This document shows, piece after piece, positions 60,922 through 64,000 of a stretch of 64,000 bases of DNA. The stretch's first letter is position 1. Each line of letters starts with the position of its first letter. The notes below the pieces were generated by a model. That model ran no database searches, had not been told where the DNA came from, and saw only the letters and a list, made by a program, of their open reading frames with translations. Position numbers and translations under genes: made by a program. The DNA is taken from positions 15,316,001 through 15,380,000 of the forward strand of contig NC_087245.1 of the NCBI RefSeq assembly GCF_037042905.1, in the 5' to 3' direction. The DNA is from Lytechinus pictus (Eukaryota).

Positions 60922-62035
60922 CAGCAGGGAGATGGAACTTCAAAATCTTTGTACATAGTGTATTTGGAACATGGATATGAGGAAGAGAAGCCCAGTTTGC
61001 CCACCATTTTTTTTGGCTTGCTTGTCAAATTTCCCGAAACCAAAATGACCTTCATTTTGGATTGAAACTTTTTTTTAGCTTTTCAAGTTTACATCAGCAC
61101 CCCCAGTAAAAAAAATGTTCCCAGGGCCCCGGGGGTAGGGGTGCTTGCAGTCCTACATTTCTCTGATGGCACTAGTTACCTTTCTGATTAAATATTGCCA
61201 CCGATAATTATAAAGGCTGTTACGTTTAAACAGTCGACGCCAATTCCTTCTCTTGATTTGAGCTTCCACGGTTTGGTGTGCTGTATAACGGCAGTATGAA
61301 CTCGATTGAAGAACCCCAGGGTTTAGCAAGATGATGTCTTGCTACTGAACACATTGGAAACGCTGTAAACAAAAGTCCCGAATTCCTTCACATCGCTCTA
61401 CATAAATCGACTCTGACATTTGCAAAGAAGTCGATAATTTCCGAAGATTGATCCCTGGTCAAATCTAGCTCGGCGTAAGCTGCCAAATCAAGTGAGTCCT
61501 TCTTAACTCAAGCTATTGATTTAAACATTTCTGCAACATCGATTTTACGTTTTATTAATGCATGATTATTTTTAATGGAAATCCTTGATGCTTTCCATTT
61601 CCAAGGGGAATAGCCGTCTCACTAGAAAGGAATTTAAAAGGGGTCCATATTGAACTTGGGACCACTTGAACTTATACACATAAAAAATTGTGAATCAACA
61701 ATAATCAACATTGAAAAAAAAATGATTCAAATAATATATGTAGAAAAAAGAACAGGGCAAAGAAAAACGTAAAATGACAAATACAATATTTATTTTTTTA
61801 ATGTGTATATTAGGTAAAGGAACATGAATGACAGCAGTGAAATATGTTCGTAGCTATGTTATTAAGACCTAAATTAATAAAAAAAAGAGCCGGGAAAGAG
61901 AGCTAAGACATGTTTTAAGTTAAGTCAAATCTTTGCGTGCAATAGTTGGTACATTTCAAAGTAACTGTTACTAAATCAAATGTAATACCTTAACAAAATT
62001 TCGAGGAATTGATGGTTCATTTACAGTTTCCTCTG

Positions 62036-62311
62036 CAGTGGCGTTATGAGCCAAAACTTTTGAGGGGTTCGATATGGCGTATATATCGATACTTAATAAA
62101 GAGTTGCGAGCGAGCAAAAATTTTCCACATTTTTATTACAAAAATCCAAGATTGTGACATAATATTCAGAAAATAGTATCATACTTCACCTTTATCCCTT
62201 TCCTTTTACTTTTACTTTCCTTTTCTCTTTTTTTTTTTTTTATATCTTGGTCGTGAATTTTTGTGTGTGGGGGCAATAGCACCAAGCCCCCTCTTCATCT
62301 GTACGACAGGG
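62036..62311. mobile_element. hAT-like MITE, second copy
   Basis: CAGTGGCGTTATGAGCCAAAACTTTTGAGGGG body matches 59726; 8-bp TSD TTCCTCTG (62028-62035, 62312-62319). Confidence 0.8.
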
Positions 62312-64000
62312 TTCCTCTGGTGTAAAAAGAGCCATTTTATCCAACCAATTTTGAAAAGAAAATCTTCTGAGAATCTTACACAGTTCATTGCAAGATTCCT
62401 TGTATTAGATTGTCCTTCCGGTAACCTCCAAATAAAGTGTTTTTCCATTCCCGGAAGGCATTGCAGGTGATCATAATGCACTTAAAAATGAATGATTTGT
62501 CAAGTTAATTTCCATGTGTGTTGCGAACCGCAAACATATTATATCATAATTGGAAAAGCCATGAAGCATGAAATTTTAGCTTACGCCGTTATGACGATTT
62601 TTTTCGGTCATCCACCCTGAATTCATAGTTTTAATAACAACAAAACATTGTTTGGAACGTAATCTTGTCTGTCATGTCTATCTGTAACGATATCTCGTTA
62701 TTTTCCTTTAAATAAATTTTCACATCGTGGTTATTAAAAAGATATGTTTTGTTCACTATACATTAGATAAAAATGATGTGTATGAACTAAATTATGTTTA
62801 TTATGCAGAACTATTATAAATCTTTAAAACAAACTTCAATAAAAAAGTGAAGGAGTTATCAAATAAATACCAACGTTTGTTTCTATAACAAAGACAATAA
62901 CTTACTTTTAAAACCTATTTTCGAAACAAAATACGCTCGAATGTTCATTGGCCTGATCTAATTTTCTGCTTCTCCAATCGTAACGACAATTTTTTCGGCA
63001 CATTTACATTAAAGAAATAAACTTTGACTGGGTCTTTGGATTACTGCATACTTCTGCTACCGGGAATGAAAACCTCGTCTTATTTATTTGAAGGGAAACA
63101 ACAACAACTACAGGCTTCACAAAATACCACGACCCAAGATATGCAACCGATTTCCACGTACACTTGTGCGATTGTACTTTGGGTCTGGCTTAAGTAATAA
63201 TCGGACTGGAATGATCCCAACGATTACATTTTGAGGATTCTGGTAGGTTATTTCCGTTATTAAACACCATATTCACTCTCTAGTATGCGAAGAAGATGGA
63301 CAGAGGCCTTCACAATTACTTTATGGCGGATAAAATTGGGACGAAACTGACAGCCCGCCACGCCAGAATGAAGATGCATTGAAGGTTGCAGTGGTATACG
63401 CGGATCGAAGCAAAGGGTGGGGTAGGATGGGGTTTCAGGCGCGGGGGCTTGTCCCTTTCACATCCCCTTAATGTAGATCTAGTAGCATCTTGGGGGAAGC
63501 ATAGCTTAAAAGAATTAAAAGGCTTATGACATTCATCCAAAATAATGTCCTTATATTCAATTTCATTTGACACACCTTGGTAATTCTGTGGAGGTTTAAA
63601 ACATCTTTTGAATTATCCTACCTCTCCCTTACCGTACCTTGCACTCCCTCTCCCCCTTTCACTACCAACAAACAAGGTTTTGACATACATATTGTTATTA
63701 TCAATATGTAAAAGGTATATGAAAAATCATTAATTCATATCATATCATTATTTTATTTCCATATTCAGTTTCAATGATAAAAACAAGCATTGTAATCAGC
63801 AAATAAAAAACAAGAACATTTCATATCAAACATAAACAAAAATCTGAAATATGATTACAAATGGAAAAGTGTCAATGGTTTCTTTAAAACTACAGCCTAC
63901 AATGACTCAGTCTGATCACTAATACATACTATAATGTCATGGATGTAATTTCATGTGCTGTAAAACACACAGTAACGTGCCCTTTAAGAGTGTTTTCGGT

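Overview
Eukaryotic, AT-rich, intron-rich animal genomic DNA. The repeat types suggest a marine invertebrate, possibly an echinoderm such as a sea urchin (inference only). Two convergent multi-exon genes were reconstructed by hand from splice sites and reading phase. (1) + strand, 363-13422: the 3' part of a gel-forming-mucin-like gene. It has four CysD/WxxW domains, Thr/Gly- and Thr/Pro-rich segments and a C-terminal cystine knot, and includes a recent ~2.65-kb exon-intron tandem duplication. (2) - strand, about 60777-23227: an apparently complete 26-exon type II transmembrane serine protease of about 948 aa (TM-SEA-CUB-10xLDLa-S1 protease). It has a polybasic [10 protein letters not shown] activation site and a non-trypsin specificity pocket (Gly189, Gly215, Asn226). 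Introns and the intergenic region hold many non-autonomous elements (hAT-, piggyBac-, CACTA-, Harbinger-, Kolobok-, P- and Helentron-like, plus tRNA-derived SINEs), several with clear target-site duplications. The most unusual feature is a ~300-bp fold-back element in a mucin intron (5567-5869). Each of its arms carries a type I hammerhead ribozyme motif, one per strand, resembling Penelope-like-element or retrozyme ribozymes in an ambisense rod-like arrangement.
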